A stretch of 64,000 nt of DNA from Thermotogota bacterium (GTDB lineage: Bacteria; Thermotogota; Thermotogae; UBA12178): assembly GCA_021161835.1 (NCBI GenBank), contig JAGGZV010000037.1, positions 21,806 through 85,805 on the forward strand, given 5' to 3'. Shown here piece by piece: positions 1 to 10,252 of the stretch. Both the position numbers and the translations under genes were made by a program. Positions within the stretch are counted from its first letter, which is position 1, and each line of letters opens with the position of its first letter. The notes under the pieces were generated by a model that saw only the letters and a list, made by a program, of their open reading frames with translations, searched no databases and was not told where the DNA came from.

Positions 1-88
1 GTAGCCAACGTGGGACACATGCCAAGAGCCTGAACGTAAGTGGGGTTCTCTTTGAAAAATCCCTTGGTGAAATTCCTGAAATCCGCCA
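1..88 (-). CDS. rnfE: Rnf/Nqr-type electron transport complex subunit E (RnfE/NqrD family), N-terminal fragment running off the window edge
   Basis: Reverse complement of 1..88 begins GTG and translates to (M)ADFRNFTKGFFKENPTYVQALGMCPTLA, the conserved RnfE/NqrD N-terminus. AGGGG RBS sits 8 nt upstream. It follows rnfG in rnfCDGE order. Confidence 0.6.
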
Positions 89-92
89 CAGC

Positions 93-812
93 TTACCCCT
101 CCTGTTCCTTCAAATATCTATACATCGCGTTTATGGCATTGACCACCGCACGCGGTGTAAGCGTTGCCCCAGTCATCACATCACTGGTTTGAATTATACC
201 CTCGTGTTCCCTGAGGTACCTCATCTTTTTCTCGTCTTCTGTCGGCACAATGTTCGCATCCCTATTGACCTTAAGACCTTTTCTCAATCCTTCCGGTTCC
301 ACCGGATAGAACCTCTTCATTACCTTCTCTTCTCCTATTTTTGCCCCGAGACCGGGGGTTTCCTGGGAATAGGAAGTGACCCTTATGCCATTCAACCTGA
401 AATCATCCCCAACCTTTACAAATGCAGCCAGCACCACTACTTTGCCGCCGTAACCTACCGATGAACCTTCGAGTACGTAGATCTCCTCGCCTTTCTTGCC
501 TCTGAAGAGATATGCTGGTGAGTGCACCTTCGCTTTCAAAGAATCGTATCCCGCCAGCATACCTTCCGAACTTTCACGCCACACGAGCTCTTCCAGCTCC
601 TTGAGAGAGTCGGGAATCTCGGAAGAAGCAACCAGCAATTCACCGGTAATGGGATCTTCCAGTACCTTTTTTATCGACTGCAATTTAAAATTCAACTCGG
701 CTTTGTCTATACTGGGTTTGGCGAAGAGATACACCAATCCCAGACACAAACCGGCGATTATCGAAAAAACGAACAACGGTAGTGCGGAACGCCATATGCT
801 TTTCTTTTCCAT
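93..812 (-). CDS. rnfG: Rnf complex subunit G (FMN-binding, NqrC/RnfG family)
   Basis: N-terminal TM anchor. FMN-attachment-type motif DVMTGATLTPRAV. Position between rnfD and rnfE. Confidence 0.75.
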   Translation of the reverse strand: MEKKSIWRSALPLFVFSIIAGLCLGLVYLFAKPSIDKAELNFKLQSIKKVLEDPITGELLVASSEIPDSLKELEELVWRESSEGMLAGYDSLKAKVHSPAYLFRGKKGEEIYVLEGSSVGYGGKVVVLAAFVKVGDDFRLNGIRVTSYSQETPGLGAKIGEEKVMKRFYPVEPEGLRKGLKVNRDANIVPTEDEKKMRYLREHEGIIQTSDVMTGATLTPRAVVNAINAMYRYLKEQEG

Positions 813-818
813 CTTGTG

Positions 819-1784
819 TCACCCCTTCCCCACTACGTGTTTCCCGAAAATCCGGGGTTTCGTGTACATGTCTATTAGAGGTACCACGGAGTTCATTATC
901 AGTATTGAGAAGGAAACACCCTCCGGATATCCTCCGAAATATCTTATCATCATGGTTATCACTCCACACCCCACTCCGAATATCATCTGCCCCTTGGGCG
1001 TTATCGGAGAAGTTACCATATCCGTTGCCATGAATAGAGCCCCCAACATAAGACCACCGGCAAGTATGTGAAACAACGGCGTACCGTACCTTTCTACATC
1101 GATCATCCAGAATATGGAAGATATGAGCAAAACGGTTCCAATGTAAGAAATGGGTATCAGCAGTTTTATTCTTCTTCTCATAACAAGATAAGCAAAGCCT
1201 ATCAAAAGTGCAAGAGCACTCACCTCACCCATGCATCCTCCAATGTTACCAAGAAATAGATCCAGATATCCCACATTCAGAGCACCGAAGCCTTGCTCTT
1301 TTACTACTGCCAGAGGAGTTGCAGTGGTAAGAGTATCGAGATTCCAGTATCTGGGCGCCCACCAGGTTGTCATGAGTGAAGGGAAGGATATGAGAAGGAA
1401 CACCCTTCCAACAAGCGCTGGGTTGAACGGATTCTTCCCTATCCCACCGTACACATGCTTTCCCAGAGTGAGGGCTGCTATCAATCCCACCACCAACACC
1501 CAGATAGGAAGACCCACGTTAACGTTCAGGGCCAGGAGTAACCCTGTCACTGATGCACTGAAGTCAGGCTTGAAATCCTTTTGCTTCCTCAAAACCTTCA
1601 TTATGAATAGTTCAATGCCCTCAGCTATGAAGATGCTGACGATGGATAGTATAAGGGCACGCCATCCAAAGAAGTACGTGGCAGCTATTACAGCTGGAGA
1701 AAGGGCTATCAGGACATCGAACATTATGGAACGTACGTTGTCACCATCACGTATGTGAGGTGCGGCGGTGACGCTGAGCTTCAT
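819..1784 (-). CDS. rnfD: Rnf complex subunit D (NqrB/RnfD polytopic membrane subunit)
   Basis: Polytopic membrane protein. RnfD-like N-terminus MKLSVTAAPHIRDGD. I chose the ATG at 1784 (ATGA overlap with the rnfC stop) rather than the ORF-track start at 1865. Confidence 0.7.
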   Translation of the reverse strand: MKLSVTAAPHIRDGDNVRSIMFDVLIALSPAVIAATYFFGWRALILSIVSIFIAEGIELFIMKVLRKQKDFKPDFSASVTGLLLALNVNVGLPIWVLVVGLIAALTLGKHVYGGIGKNPFNPALVGRVFLLISFPSLMTTWWAPRYWNLDTLTTATPLAVVKEQGFGALNVGYLDLFLGNIGGCMGEVSALALLIGFAYLVMRRRIKLLIPISYIGTVLLISSIFWMIDVERYGTPLFHILAGGLMLGALFMATDMVTSPITPKGQMIFGVGCGVITMMIRYFGGYPEGVSFSILIMNSVVPLIDMYTKPRIFGKHVVGKG

Positions 1785-3109
1785 TTCCTGGCACCTCCCC
1801 TCAATGCACGATAAACCTTCTTTGCAAGTTTTATGGATTTCACGTGATCTATTTTGGAAGGACAAATGTAACTACAACTTCCACATTCTATACAATCCAT
1901 CAACCCTTCTTCCACAGCTTCATCGTACCTTCTTGCCCTGGCGAGTTGCTCGAGAAGATAAGGCTGAAGATTCATGGGACATGCCATCACACATCTTGAA
2001 CATCTTATACACGGTTTCGTCTCTACCTTTCCCTTCCTCTCAGGCGGAAGAGCTACTATACCCGATGTACCCTTCATGACAGGTATATTCAGATCTGGTA
2101 TGGCTATACCCATCATAGGTCCCCCCAGTATCACCCTGTCCACTTTCCCTTTCAACCCTCCAACAAACTCGAGTACCTCGGAAACCATCGTACCCACACG
2201 TACCACCAGATTCGAAGGGTTGGAAACTGCCTCACCTGTTACGGTGAGCCCTCTTTCCACGAGAGGTTTACCCTTCTCCACCGCTTCATAAACCGCCAGA
2301 ACCGTTCCGACGTTTTGCACGACGACACCCACGTGCAACGGTAATCCACCCGATGGAACCACCCTTTTGGTCAAAGCATATATGAGCTGTTTCTCCGCGC
2401 CTTGTGGATATTTTGTGCGGAGAAGTTTCACCTTTATCGGTTCGCCGGCGGTCGCTCTCATCATTGCTTCGTAAGCATCCAGTTTGTTGTTCTCTATACC
2501 CACATACGCTTTCTCAACGTCCAGAACATACATCAAAATACGTATTCCCTTGACTATGTCCTCGGTTCTTTCAAGCATCAACCTGTGATCGATAGTCAAA
2601 TAAGGTTCACATTCGGCACCGTTCACTATTAGAAGATCGATTTTCTTGCCTTCTGGTGGTGTCAATTTAACATGTGTAGGAAACATTGCCCCTCCAAGTC
2701 CAACTATTCCCGCTTCCTTTATGATATCCACTATTTCTGGGGCTTTGAATCTGTTGAAATCACCATGTGGGTTAATATACTCCCATTCGTCCTTTTCGGT
2801 TTCTCTCCTTATCACCACAACCTCCGATGGTTTTTGAAGCACCGGGTGAAAAACCTTTTCCACGCCCACAACGGTGCCGGTCAAGGATGCATGAACGTTG
2901 GCCGAAATCATTCCCGCCTGTTCACCTATCTTTTGTCCTGTCTTCACCGTGTCTCCTTCCTTGACCACCCGTTTTGCAGGTGCTCCTCCATGATTTGCCA
3001 GATAGATCTTCACTTCCTGTGGCAAAGGCATGAAACGTATAGGTTTCTCTTCCGTCAACTCCTTGCTTTCAGGGGGATGAACGCCTCCCCTGAAGGTAAA
3101 GAGGTTCAT
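1781..3109 (-). CDS. rnfC: Rnf complex subunit C (NADH-binding, 2x[4Fe-4S])
   Basis: N-terminus MNLFTFRGGVHPPE. Two ferredoxin-type clusters CIRCSRCVMACP and CIECGSCSYICP. Confidence 0.85.
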   Translation of the reverse strand: MNLFTFRGGVHPPESKELTEEKPIRFMPLPQEVKIYLANHGGAPAKRVVKEGDTVKTGQKIGEQAGMISANVHASLTGTVVGVEKVFHPVLQKPSEVVVIRRETEKDEWEYINPHGDFNRFKAPEIVDIIKEAGIVGLGGAMFPTHVKLTPPEGKKIDLLIVNGAECEPYLTIDHRLMLERTEDIVKGIRILMYVLDVEKAYVGIENNKLDAYEAMMRATAGEPIKVKLLRTKYPQGAEKQLIYALTKRVVPSGGLPLHVGVVVQNVGTVLAVYEAVEKGKPLVERGLTVTGEAVSNPSNLVVRVGTMVSEVLEFVGGLKGKVDRVILGGPMMGIAIPDLNIPVMKGTSGIVALPPERKGKVETKPCIRCSRCVMACPMNLQPYLLEQLARARRYDEAVEEGLMDCIECGSCSYICPSKIDHVKSIKLAKKVYRALRGGARK

Positions 3110-3110
3110 A

Positions 3111-4004
3111 TCAATTCACCCCTCCCTCTGAGAATATGTTGTACGGTACACACTGGGGTTTTTCGTTGTAATATGGCCGTGTGCAATCTGGACAACCACG
3201 CGTTAGAAACGCTTTATCTTCACAAAAATTCATTTCGGGTATCTCCCGCAACCGCCCACGATCATCGAACTCCAGGTCTTCGAAAGTCAAGATACCTTTC
3301 TCTATGGCATACGACAGCATTTGAATACGCCTGTAACGTTCAAGAGGAGGTGGTGGAAGATGCTCAAGTTTCGTGCCCCTCACAGGAGTGAAAGCAAACA
3401 AAGCCACTGTTACAAATGCAGACGAGAAAATGGAAACAAGGCGTAGAATCTCTTCATCGCTCTCACCGAGTCCAACTATTAGATGGGTAGTCACTCGACC
3501 AGGATATTCGGATGCAACCTTCAATATGAGTTCCAAGGATCGCCTATAATCGCCCCCTCTGTAAACAGAAAAGAGCCTGGGTGAAGCCACATCAAAACCG
3601 ATACCCATCCTTTCGATTCCCAGGTCGAAGATTTTCCTTACTTCTTCCATGCTGGAAGGGCGCACAGAAACAGATACAGGTATAGCAAAAGAACACAGCG
3701 ATTTCAGAACACAGGAAAGATCATCCATATAATTCGGGGTATTGACCACCTGTACACACAGCCGCTTGAAACAATCCACATTTTGGAGCCTTTCAATCAC
3801 ATCCCTGAAATCGTAGGAAGGCCATAGAACCCTGGAAAGAAGCTCAGGGGAAGAAGAAGCACTTGATGCTCTGGAACAGTAGGCACAATCGTAAACGCAA
3901 CGTTCGCCTATCAAGAAATAGGCGGTATGTAAGGGAACATCCATCTTCAGCTTCTTCAAACCCAACACCTTCGCTGTTCCGACTGAAACGCGGATTCGTA
4001 TCAC
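3111..4004 (-). CDS. radical SAM domain protein (unknown substrate)
   Basis: CVYDCAYCS = CxxxCxxC radical-SAM cluster motif near the N-terminus. C-terminal Cys pair RGCPDCTRPYYNEKPQC. Translationally coupled to rnfC downstream and to the 103-aa ORF upstream. Confidence 0.65.
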   Translation of the reverse strand: MIRIRVSVGTAKVLGLKKLKMDVPLHTAYFLIGERCVYDCAYCSRASSASSSPELLSRVLWPSYDFRDVIERLQNVDCFKRLCVQVVNTPNYMDDLSCVLKSLCSFAIPVSVSVRPSSMEEVRKIFDLGIERMGIGFDVASPRLFSVYRGGDYRRSLELILKVASEYPGRVTTHLIVGLGESDEEILRLVSIFSSAFVTVALFAFTPVRGTKLEHLPPPPLERYRRIQMLSYAIEKGILTFEDLEFDDRGRLREIPEMNFCEDKAFLTRGCPDCTRPYYNEKPQCVPYNIFSEGGVN

Positions 4005-4312
4005 TTCTGTCCTCCAGCTTCAAGATTCAACATATATCGACGCGAAACCAGAGCATTACCGATCCATATTTCAACGCCTGTCCCATGTTCGGTCAAGCGC
4101 ACTTCAAATCCGTTCTCCTCATATTTTCCCCTGTATCCTGTTTTGGCACGCACCACGGCACTTTCCAGTGTTATGGCCATGCGTCTCAACGCCAACAATC
4201 TCCTCAATGTTACAACACTCCAACTCCATGTCATCAACACAGTACTCGCCACTATCGCACATATCAAAAGCACTACTATACCACTGATGCTTCCCCCACA
4301 ACGATTCATCAC
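4001..4312 (-). CDS. hypothetical small membrane-anchored protein
   Basis: Short polar N-terminus then a 20-residue hydrophobic segment (SGIVVLLICAIVASTVLM). It has 4-nt overlaps with both neighbours. Confidence 0.4.
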   Translation of the reverse strand: MMNRCGGSISGIVVLLICAIVASTVLMTWSWSVVTLRRLLALRRMAITLESAVVRAKTGYRGKYEENGFEVRLTEHGTGVEIWIGNALVSRRYMLNLEAGGQK

Positions 4313-5319
4313 CTTATTATGTAATACGCAAATATCACTCCCACAGCCACTATCGCCATGGAAATGAGTATGGCTAGAATGACCTCTTCTATTCTCAGAT
4401 ACTTCTTTTCAACCATCACGTCTCTTTGCTCCATGGTGATTTGAGGTAACTGCCTTGCCTCCTCTGGATTCGTGCTGGTCGAGATCTTGGTTTCCAGCCT
4501 TTCCTTGCTTGCCATCAACTTAACATTTCTACTTATAACACATTTTGCAACCATATCACTGCCAAAAGCCACCTTTATGAGCATGTACTCCTTGTTCTTG
4601 GGTGAAACGATCTCCTTGGACAGCAATATACCCGTCATGGGTACGATGTTGTTACCTTCATTGTCGAAGTGATGCGGAAAAAGAGTGCGTAACTTGTCCT
4701 TATACTTACCAGGATTCAGTATCACGAAGTGTATCTCATCCCCCACATCGAAGTCGTCTATGGTCACACCCATGGTGGGATCGACGAGAGGATATATTTC
4801 AGGTAAATCCTTAACATCTGGCCTGATCAAAGCCTGCTTCAGAGCCTCATCAAGCGTCACAGAACTCGCAGCGAGATGAGTCAAAGCTTCGTATGAAAGC
4901 AAAGAAGCTGAAACTCGTAGCTCCACGTCTCTTGCCCAGTCTCTGAACATATCCAGAAAGTTCACAGCCAGCAGTTCCTTATCACCATCGGCTATCATCT
5001 TGTATATCTTCGCCCCGAACAATCGTCCGCCTTCCCTGCTTATCTTGAGATGGAGGTAATTGTTGAAATCCTTGGTTGAAACAACAACATCGGGGTAATT
5101 TATTACACTTCTTGCTTGTATGGTATCGAACTTTTTCAAAAAGGTATAATAGCTGTCGTTCTCTATATCTATGTTTTCCTCAAAATCGTATTTTCTTGGA
5201 TACACCAGGAATCTGTATTCGGGTGGTTCACTTCTCTTCCCGAAGAAATATCCTATTCCTTTCTCACCGGTACTTCTGGTTCTCATAAACACCCTCACAA
5301 AGTAAAAATCCACGATCAA
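4309..5319 (-). CDS. hypothetical protein with a single C-terminal TM helix (tail-anchored)
   Basis: 336 aa with no recognisable motif. C-terminal hydrophobic helix [27 protein letters not shown] overlap with the glgC stop. Confidence 0.45.
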   Translation of the reverse strand: MIVDFYFVRVFMRTRSTGEKGIGYFFGKRSEPPEYRFLVYPRKYDFEENIDIENDSYYTFLKKFDTIQARSVINYPDVVVSTKDFNNYLHLKISREGGRLFGAKIYKMIADGDKELLAVNFLDMFRDWARDVELRVSASLLSYEALTHLAASSVTLDEALKQALIRPDVKDLPEIYPLVDPTMGVTIDDFDVGDEIHFVILNPGKYKDKLRTLFPHHFDNEGNNIVPMTGILLSKEIVSPKNKEYMLIKVAFGSDMVAKCVISRNVKLMASKERLETKISTSTNPEEARQLPQITMEQRDVMVEKKYLRIEEVILAILISMAIVAVGVIFAYYIIR

Positions 5320-6590
5320 CCACCAACCTTCTTCTTGAACACGAATCCACCCGATGGGATCGTTTTATCGGTGAAATCTTCTTCCCTTACCCCGTTTCCT
5401 ATAACGACATTCTTCCCTATTTCCACACCATCTGGAATTACGGTATCGAATCCCACCACCGTTATGCCACCATAGTATATTCTCGGATCGTACTCACTGG
5501 GTTTATCCTCGCCCAAACCTATTTTGACATTCCTACCTATTATACTTCTTTCTGCTATTATGGCATTCTCTATTACTGCCCCTTCCATAACTTTACACCT
5601 GGTCATAATAACTGATCTCCTGATTACCGCGTTATCACCTATCTCCACGCCTTGGAATATGACAGAGTTTTCCACCTTTCCGAAGATCTCCGCTCCTTCG
5701 CTGACCAGCGACTCTACCACCTGTGCGGATTCGGAGATGTAAGCAGGTGGCATCTCCTCGGTATGGGTGTAGAAACTCCATGATGGATCGTAGAGGTTGA
5801 ACAAGGGCAACGGTCTGGTCAGTTCGAGATTTGTCTCCCAATAAGAGGGAAGTGTACCCACATCACGCCAGTAACCATCGAAGCGGAATGCGTACAATCG
5901 TACACCATCCCGAGATACGAGCTTGGGAATTATATCCCTCCCGAAATCGTGAGAGGAGTTCGGATCCTTCTCATCTTCCAGAAGCACTTCCCGAAGAAAA
6001 TCCCATCTGAAAACGTATATTCCCAGAGATGCAAGATTGGACTTGGGCACTTTCGGTTTTTCCTGAAAATCCACTATGCGCCAATCAGGATCCGTTACCA
6101 TTAGGCCGAAACGTGAAGCTTCTGAAATTGGCACTTCCATACAGGCTATCGTACCATCAGCGTTTTTGCCCACGTGAAATTCGAGTATTTCATTGTAATC
6201 CATTGCATAGACATGATCACCCGATAATATTAAAACCAGCTGAGGTAAATACTGATCCGCGAAATCAATGTTCTGTGTAACGGCGTCGGCCGTTCCCCTA
6301 TACCAATCACTTTCGTGCATGGCAGTATAAGGTGGAAGTATGGTCAAACCACCATCTTTTCTGTCCAGATCCCAGTGTTTACCGATACCTATATGCTGAT
6401 TTAAAACGTGGGGTTTATACTGGGTTAGCACCCCAACGGTGTAGATCCCCGAATTCACACAATTGCTGAGGGTGAAGTCTATTATTCTGTACTTACCGCC
6501 GAAAGGTATAGCCGGTTTGGCTATATTTTCTGTCAGAACGCCCAGTCTTGTCCCCTGACCTCCCGCGAGAATCAACGCAACCACCTTCAT
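5316..6590 (-). CDS. glgC: glucose-1-phosphate adenylyltransferase catalytic subunit
   Basis: [15 protein letters not shown] nucleotidyltransferase motif and C-terminal left-handed beta-helix. I prefer the ATG at 6590 (GGGGG RBS) over the TTG at 6632. Confidence 0.85.
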   Translation of the reverse strand: MKVVALILAGGQGTRLGVLTENIAKPAIPFGGKYRIIDFTLSNCVNSGIYTVGVLTQYKPHVLNQHIGIGKHWDLDRKDGGLTILPPYTAMHESDWYRGTADAVTQNIDFADQYLPQLVLILSGDHVYAMDYNEILEFHVGKNADGTIACMEVPISEASRFGLMVTDPDWRIVDFQEKPKVPKSNLASLGIYVFRWDFLREVLLEDEKDPNSSHDFGRDIIPKLVSRDGVRLYAFRFDGYWRDVGTLPSYWETNLELTRPLPLFNLYDPSWSFYTHTEEMPPAYISESAQVVESLVSEGAEIFGKVENSVIFQGVEIGDNAVIRRSVIMTRCKVMEGAVIENAIIAERSIIGRNVKIGLGEDKPSEYDPRIYYGGITVVGFDTVIPDGVEIGKNVVIGNGVREEDFTDKTIPSGGFVFKKKVGG

Positions 6591-6609
6591 ACCATTTAAC
6601 CCCCGGGAC

Positions 6610-7725
6610 TCAGAGTACACTGGCCTTTTCAAAGGCCAGTACTCTATCCTTGTTGCCCCTTATTATCTTTCCAGGTCTTATAACACTGTCTTTATCCACA
6701 ATGGCATATGATACGTAGGACCCCTCACCCACTCGCGTGCCTTCAAGTATCAGAGAATTCTCCACAACCGCTCCCGCTTTAACATGCACATCCCTGAATA
6801 GGATCGAATTTCTTACGGTACCGGAAACTATACAGCCATCTGCAACTATGGAATTTTCTACATGTCCTGTCGCCGTTATCTTCGGTGGAGGAAGATCCTT
6901 GGATTTGGTGTATATTCTGGATGGCGCATGGAACAGTTCATCCCTCACCTCTTTTCTCAAACCATCCATGTTCGTACGATAGTACTCATTTATACTCTTC
7001 TTTATATTCCTCCAATATCCCTTGAACCTATAAACCTTGAACCTGAACTTGTGCATATTGGGCAAAAGGACATCCAGTAGCAGATTGTACCCACCATGGG
7101 GAACGGTGGCGTAGAGCAGGTCCATCAACAGATACTTACTCATAAAGTATATTCCCAGGAACGCTAGGTTTGTTTTGGGATTGGAAGGCTTTTCTTCGAA
7201 ACCTATAACGTTGTCTTTATCATCCACCTCAACGATTCCATACTGTGTGAGATCATAGGTTTCATCCAGTTCCTTGACAACCAGAGTAACATCCACCCCA
7301 GCCATGATATGCTGTTTGAAGAGATCGGTGAAGTCCATGTTGTAGATGTGATCACCTGAACCTATCAGAACATAGTCCTCGTCGCCACGCCTGAAAAGGG
7401 TCATGTTCTGAAACAACGCATCTGCAGTCCCTTTGTAACCTATCTTTCCACTTCCAACACTCAAGTAAGGCTGGAGTATGAACAACCCCCCGCGCTTGCG
7501 ATCGAGGTCCCAATCCTTCCCTGAACCAAGGTGATCCATCAAACTTCTGGGATTGTACTGCGTCACTATTCCAACCTTGGTTATACCACTGTTCACCATA
7601 TTGCTCAGGGTGAAATCTATCGCTCGATATTTGCCGAACATGGGAACAGCGGCACTGGCTCTCTTGATCGTCAACGGAAGTATGGCACTTCCTCCACCCG
7701 CAAGAATTATCCCCAGAACCTTCAA
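6610..7725 (-). CDS. glgD: glucose-1-phosphate adenylyltransferase, GlgD-type (non-catalytic/regulatory) subunit
   Basis: Homologous to GlgC along its length, but the GxGTRL motif is replaced by GGGSAILPL. This is typical of GlgD partners in GlgCD heterotetramers. Confidence 0.75.
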   Translation of the reverse strand: MKVLGIILAGGGSAILPLTIKRASAAVPMFGKYRAIDFTLSNMVNSGITKVGIVTQYNPRSLMDHLGSGKDWDLDRKRGGLFILQPYLSVGSGKIGYKGTADALFQNMTLFRRGDEDYVLIGSGDHIYNMDFTDLFKQHIMAGVDVTLVVKELDETYDLTQYGIVEVDDKDNVIGFEEKPSNPKTNLAFLGIYFMSKYLLMDLLYATVPHGGYNLLLDVLLPNMHKFRFKVYRFKGYWRNIKKSINEYYRTNMDGLRKEVRDELFHAPSRIYTKSKDLPPPKITATGHVENSIVADGCIVSGTVRNSILFRDVHVKAGAVVENSLILEGTRVGEGSYVSYAIVDKDSVIRPGKIIRGNKDRVLAFEKASVL

Positions 7726-7777
7726 TTTTCACCACTCCAGAGGAGAGTTCTCTCACAAGTATACCATCAAACAATCT

Positions 7778-7804
7778 AAAAGCGCCGGTCATCCCGGCGC
7801 TTTT
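7778..7804 (-). terminator. rho-independent terminator immediately after the hppA stop
   Basis: Perfect inverted repeat aaaagcgccgg-tcatc-ccggcgctttt flanked by T/A runs on both strands. It lies between the hppA stop (7805) and the glgD start. Confidence 0.5.
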
Positions 7805-10000
7805 TCATCTCATGAATATTGGTGTTCGGGGGAATGTCGAGCCGAAGACGAGACTGACCACGGACATGAGTTTCACCAGAATGTCCATCGATGGACCCAC
7901 CGTGTCTTTCAATGGATCTCCCACCGTATCTCCAACCACTGCGGCTGCATGAGTCGCAGTGCCTTTACCACCGAAGTGTCCCTGCTCTATGTACTTCTTG
8001 GCATTGTCCCAAGCTCCACCTGCGTTGGCGGAATACAACGCTATCATTATCGCACTGGATAAGCTACCTATCAGCAAGCCCGCCACCGCATATTGACCGA
8101 AAATGTAACCCATGATGAACGGAGTCACTATTGCGATCATACCCGGTGCTATCATCTTGCTTATGGCACCATGAGCGGTTATCGCTATACAACGAGCATA
8201 GTCAGGTTTCTCTTTTCCTTCCAGTATTCCGGGCTTTTCCCTGAACTGCCTCCTGATTTCATCGATCATTATAGAAGCCGTACTGGCGACACCGTTTATG
8301 AGGAGAGCGGTGAAAAGGTGCGGAAGCATACCGCCGATTATGATTCCAATGAGAGTGTAGGGATTCACGAGGTTTATGATCGGATTTATGTGTATTGCAC
8401 CAGCTGATTTCGCCGTTCCCCATATATAAGAAACTATAAGCGAGAGAGCCGCGAAAGCTGCTGAACCTATGGCGAAGCCTTTGCCTATCGCTGCGGTTGT
8501 GTTACCCACGGAATCCAATCTGTCGGTTATTTCCCTGACTTTCGGATCCAGTTTGGCCATCTGGGCTATTCCACCTGCGTTATCCGCTACCGGTCCATAG
8601 CTATCGACGCTCACGATGTATCCAACGAACGATAGCATTCCCAATGCAGCTATTGCTATTCCGTACGTTCCCGCCGCCCAATAAGCCACCAGTATTGCGA
8701 ATGCCAGGGTGAGGACAGGCCAGAAGGTACTCTGCATTCCCAGTGCAAAACCGGTGGTTATGTTAACCGCAACACCTGTTTGTGTCTTTTCTGCCAGCTT
8801 TTTAACAGGAGAATAATCGTAGGAAGTATAGTACTCGCTGAACTTGCTTATAAGAACGCCCGCGATCAAACCGCTGGCTATAGCTATCATCAGACGCCAT
8901 CTCAGTGCCAGATCTCCGAACAGCACTCCTTTGAATTTGAAGGTGTAATTAACATCCAGCATCAGCACCACTATGAAGGTGAAGAGTAGCACCAGTACAG
9001 CAGTTATAACGTTACCCGAAGACAATGCCACCCTTGCATCGTGGGTTTTGCGTATCTTCACAATTATTACGCCTATCATGGAAGCCAGAACACCCACCGA
9101 TGCCAGGATGACAGGTAGGGTTACCAATGCGAGATACTGTTTCATCGTGAACGAGGGATCGGCGAGGCGAATGTACATCGCGGTTATGACGGCGGAAATG
9201 AGAGAAGCTATGTAAGATTCCAGGATATCTGCTCCCAGCCCTGCAACATCACCGACGTTGTCTCCAACGTTATCCGCTATGCTGGCAGGGTTTCTGGGAT
9301 CGTCTTCTTCTATTCCCGCCTCCACTTTACCCACAAGGTCTGCACTCATATCTGCCGCCTTGGTGTACATCCCTCCACCAACCCTATCGAAAAGGGCTAT
9401 GAAGGAGGCTCCAAAAGAGTAGGAACTTATGAGCATGACTCCTTTTATTAACGATATCAAACCTTGTTCATTCTCCACTCTGAAAAGTTTCAAACCTTGA
9501 AACACATATTTCGTGGTCTCCAGTGAAACTTTATCGTATATGAACCATTCTTTGAAGATGAGCATTATCAGACTCAAGCCCGTCAACGAAAAACCTGCCA
9601 CAGCCAATCCCATGACCGAGCCACCAGAGAATGCCACACTGAATGCATCGAACAATCCTTTTCGTGCACCGTTGGTAACCCGCACGTTGGCACGCGTGGC
9701 AGCGTACATGCCCATGACTCCCGCCATCTCGGAAACGGCTGCACCGAAGAGAAAGGCCAGTGCGTATCTGAAGTCGAACAGTACGCCCAATACTGCGGCT
9801 ATCACCACCGCAACCAATGCTATCTTCTTTCCTTCCTCTGTAAGAAACGCGGTGGCACCTTCACGTATAGCTTTGGATATCTCAACCATCTCTGGGGTTC
9901 CTTCCGGTTTACCGAGGGTGATCTTCAACATGATCAAAGCCATTATGGAGGAGGCAAGCCCCGAGAAGAATGCGAACCACAGGATGTTCAGTGTGAACAC
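7805..10000 (-). CDS. hppA: membrane-bound K+-dependent pyrophosphate-energised cation pump (V-PPase)
   Basis: GDNVGDNVGDVAGLGADILESY and DSYGPVADNAGG signature motifs, 15-16 TM helices. GNTTAAIGKG carries Ala (not Lys) at the K+-dependence position. Confidence 0.9.
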   Translation of the reverse strand: MFTLNILWFAFFSGLASSIMALIMLKITLGKPEGTPEMVEISKAIREGATAFLTEEGKKIALVAVVIAAVLGVLFDFRYALAFLFGAAVSEMAGVMGMYAATRANVRVTNGARKGLFDAFSVAFSGGSVMGLAVAGFSLTGLSLIMLIFKEWFIYDKVSLETTKYVFQGLKLFRVENEQGLISLIKGVMLISSYSFGASFIALFDRVGGGMYTKAADMSADLVGKVEAGIEEDDPRNPASIADNVGDNVGDVAGLGADILESYIASLISAVITAMYIRLADPSFTMKQYLALVTLPVILASVGVLASMIGVIIVKIRKTHDARVALSSGNVITAVLVLLFTFIVVLMLDVNYTFKFKGVLFGDLALRWRLMIAIASGLIAGVLISKFSEYYTSYDYSPVKKLAEKTQTGVAVNITTGFALGMQSTFWPVLTLAFAILVAYWAAGTYGIAIAALGMLSFVGYIVSVDSYGPVADNAGGIAQMAKLDPKVREITDRLDSVGNTTAAIGKGFAIGSAAFAALSLIVSYIWGTAKSAGAIHINPIINLVNPYTLIGIIIGGMLPHLFTALLINGVASTASIMIDEIRRQFREKPGILEGKEKPDYARCIAITAHGAISKMIAPGMIAIVTPFIMGYIFGQYAVAGLLIGSLSSAIMIALYSANAGGAWDNAKKYIEQGHFGGKGTATHAAAVVGDTVGDPLKDTVGPSMDILVKLMSVVSLVFGSTFPRTPIFMR

Positions 10001-10252
10001 TTTGGCAACCTCCTTTCTTTGAGAAGTCTCATCAGATTATACACGCCATTTTTTAAATTTTTACATAAGTTGTATTGAGCTTCTTCACTTTGTCAATGCA
10101 AATTGATTATATAGAAAACAATTTCTGAAATCCTTGTATAAAGCCATATATAAAAATTGGGATTTTTTGCGCTTGAACCACATCCCCGAAATGTTGAAAT
10201 ACCAGTTAACGAGCCGATTCAAAAATGAAATCTCTCGAGGTGTATAATTGTT

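Noticed and set aside
189-1758. Plus-strand ORFs (189..464, 496..1071, 522..782, 782..1033, 1068..1259, 1231..1758) overlapping rnfG/rnfD
   Set aside because: They lie antisense to well-supported rnf genes, have low-complexity Ser/Pro/Arg-rich translations and no motifs. They are shadow ORFs typical of the opposite strand.
6614-6640. Hairpin cagagtacactggcc-ttttcaaa-ggccagtactct near the glgD/glgC junction
   Set aside because: It lies entirely inside the last codons of glgD (encoding ...[10 protein letters not shown]), whose palindromic amino-acid-coding sequence explains it. glgC follows with a good RBS, so I did not call it a terminator or attenuator.
7352-8407. ORFs 7352..7792(-), 7553..8062(+), 7891..8115(+), 8093..8407(+) around the glgD/hppA region
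   Set aside because: They overlap glgD or hppA in other frames or strands. Their compositions (Trp/Cys/His-rich, no motifs) are typical of spurious frames.
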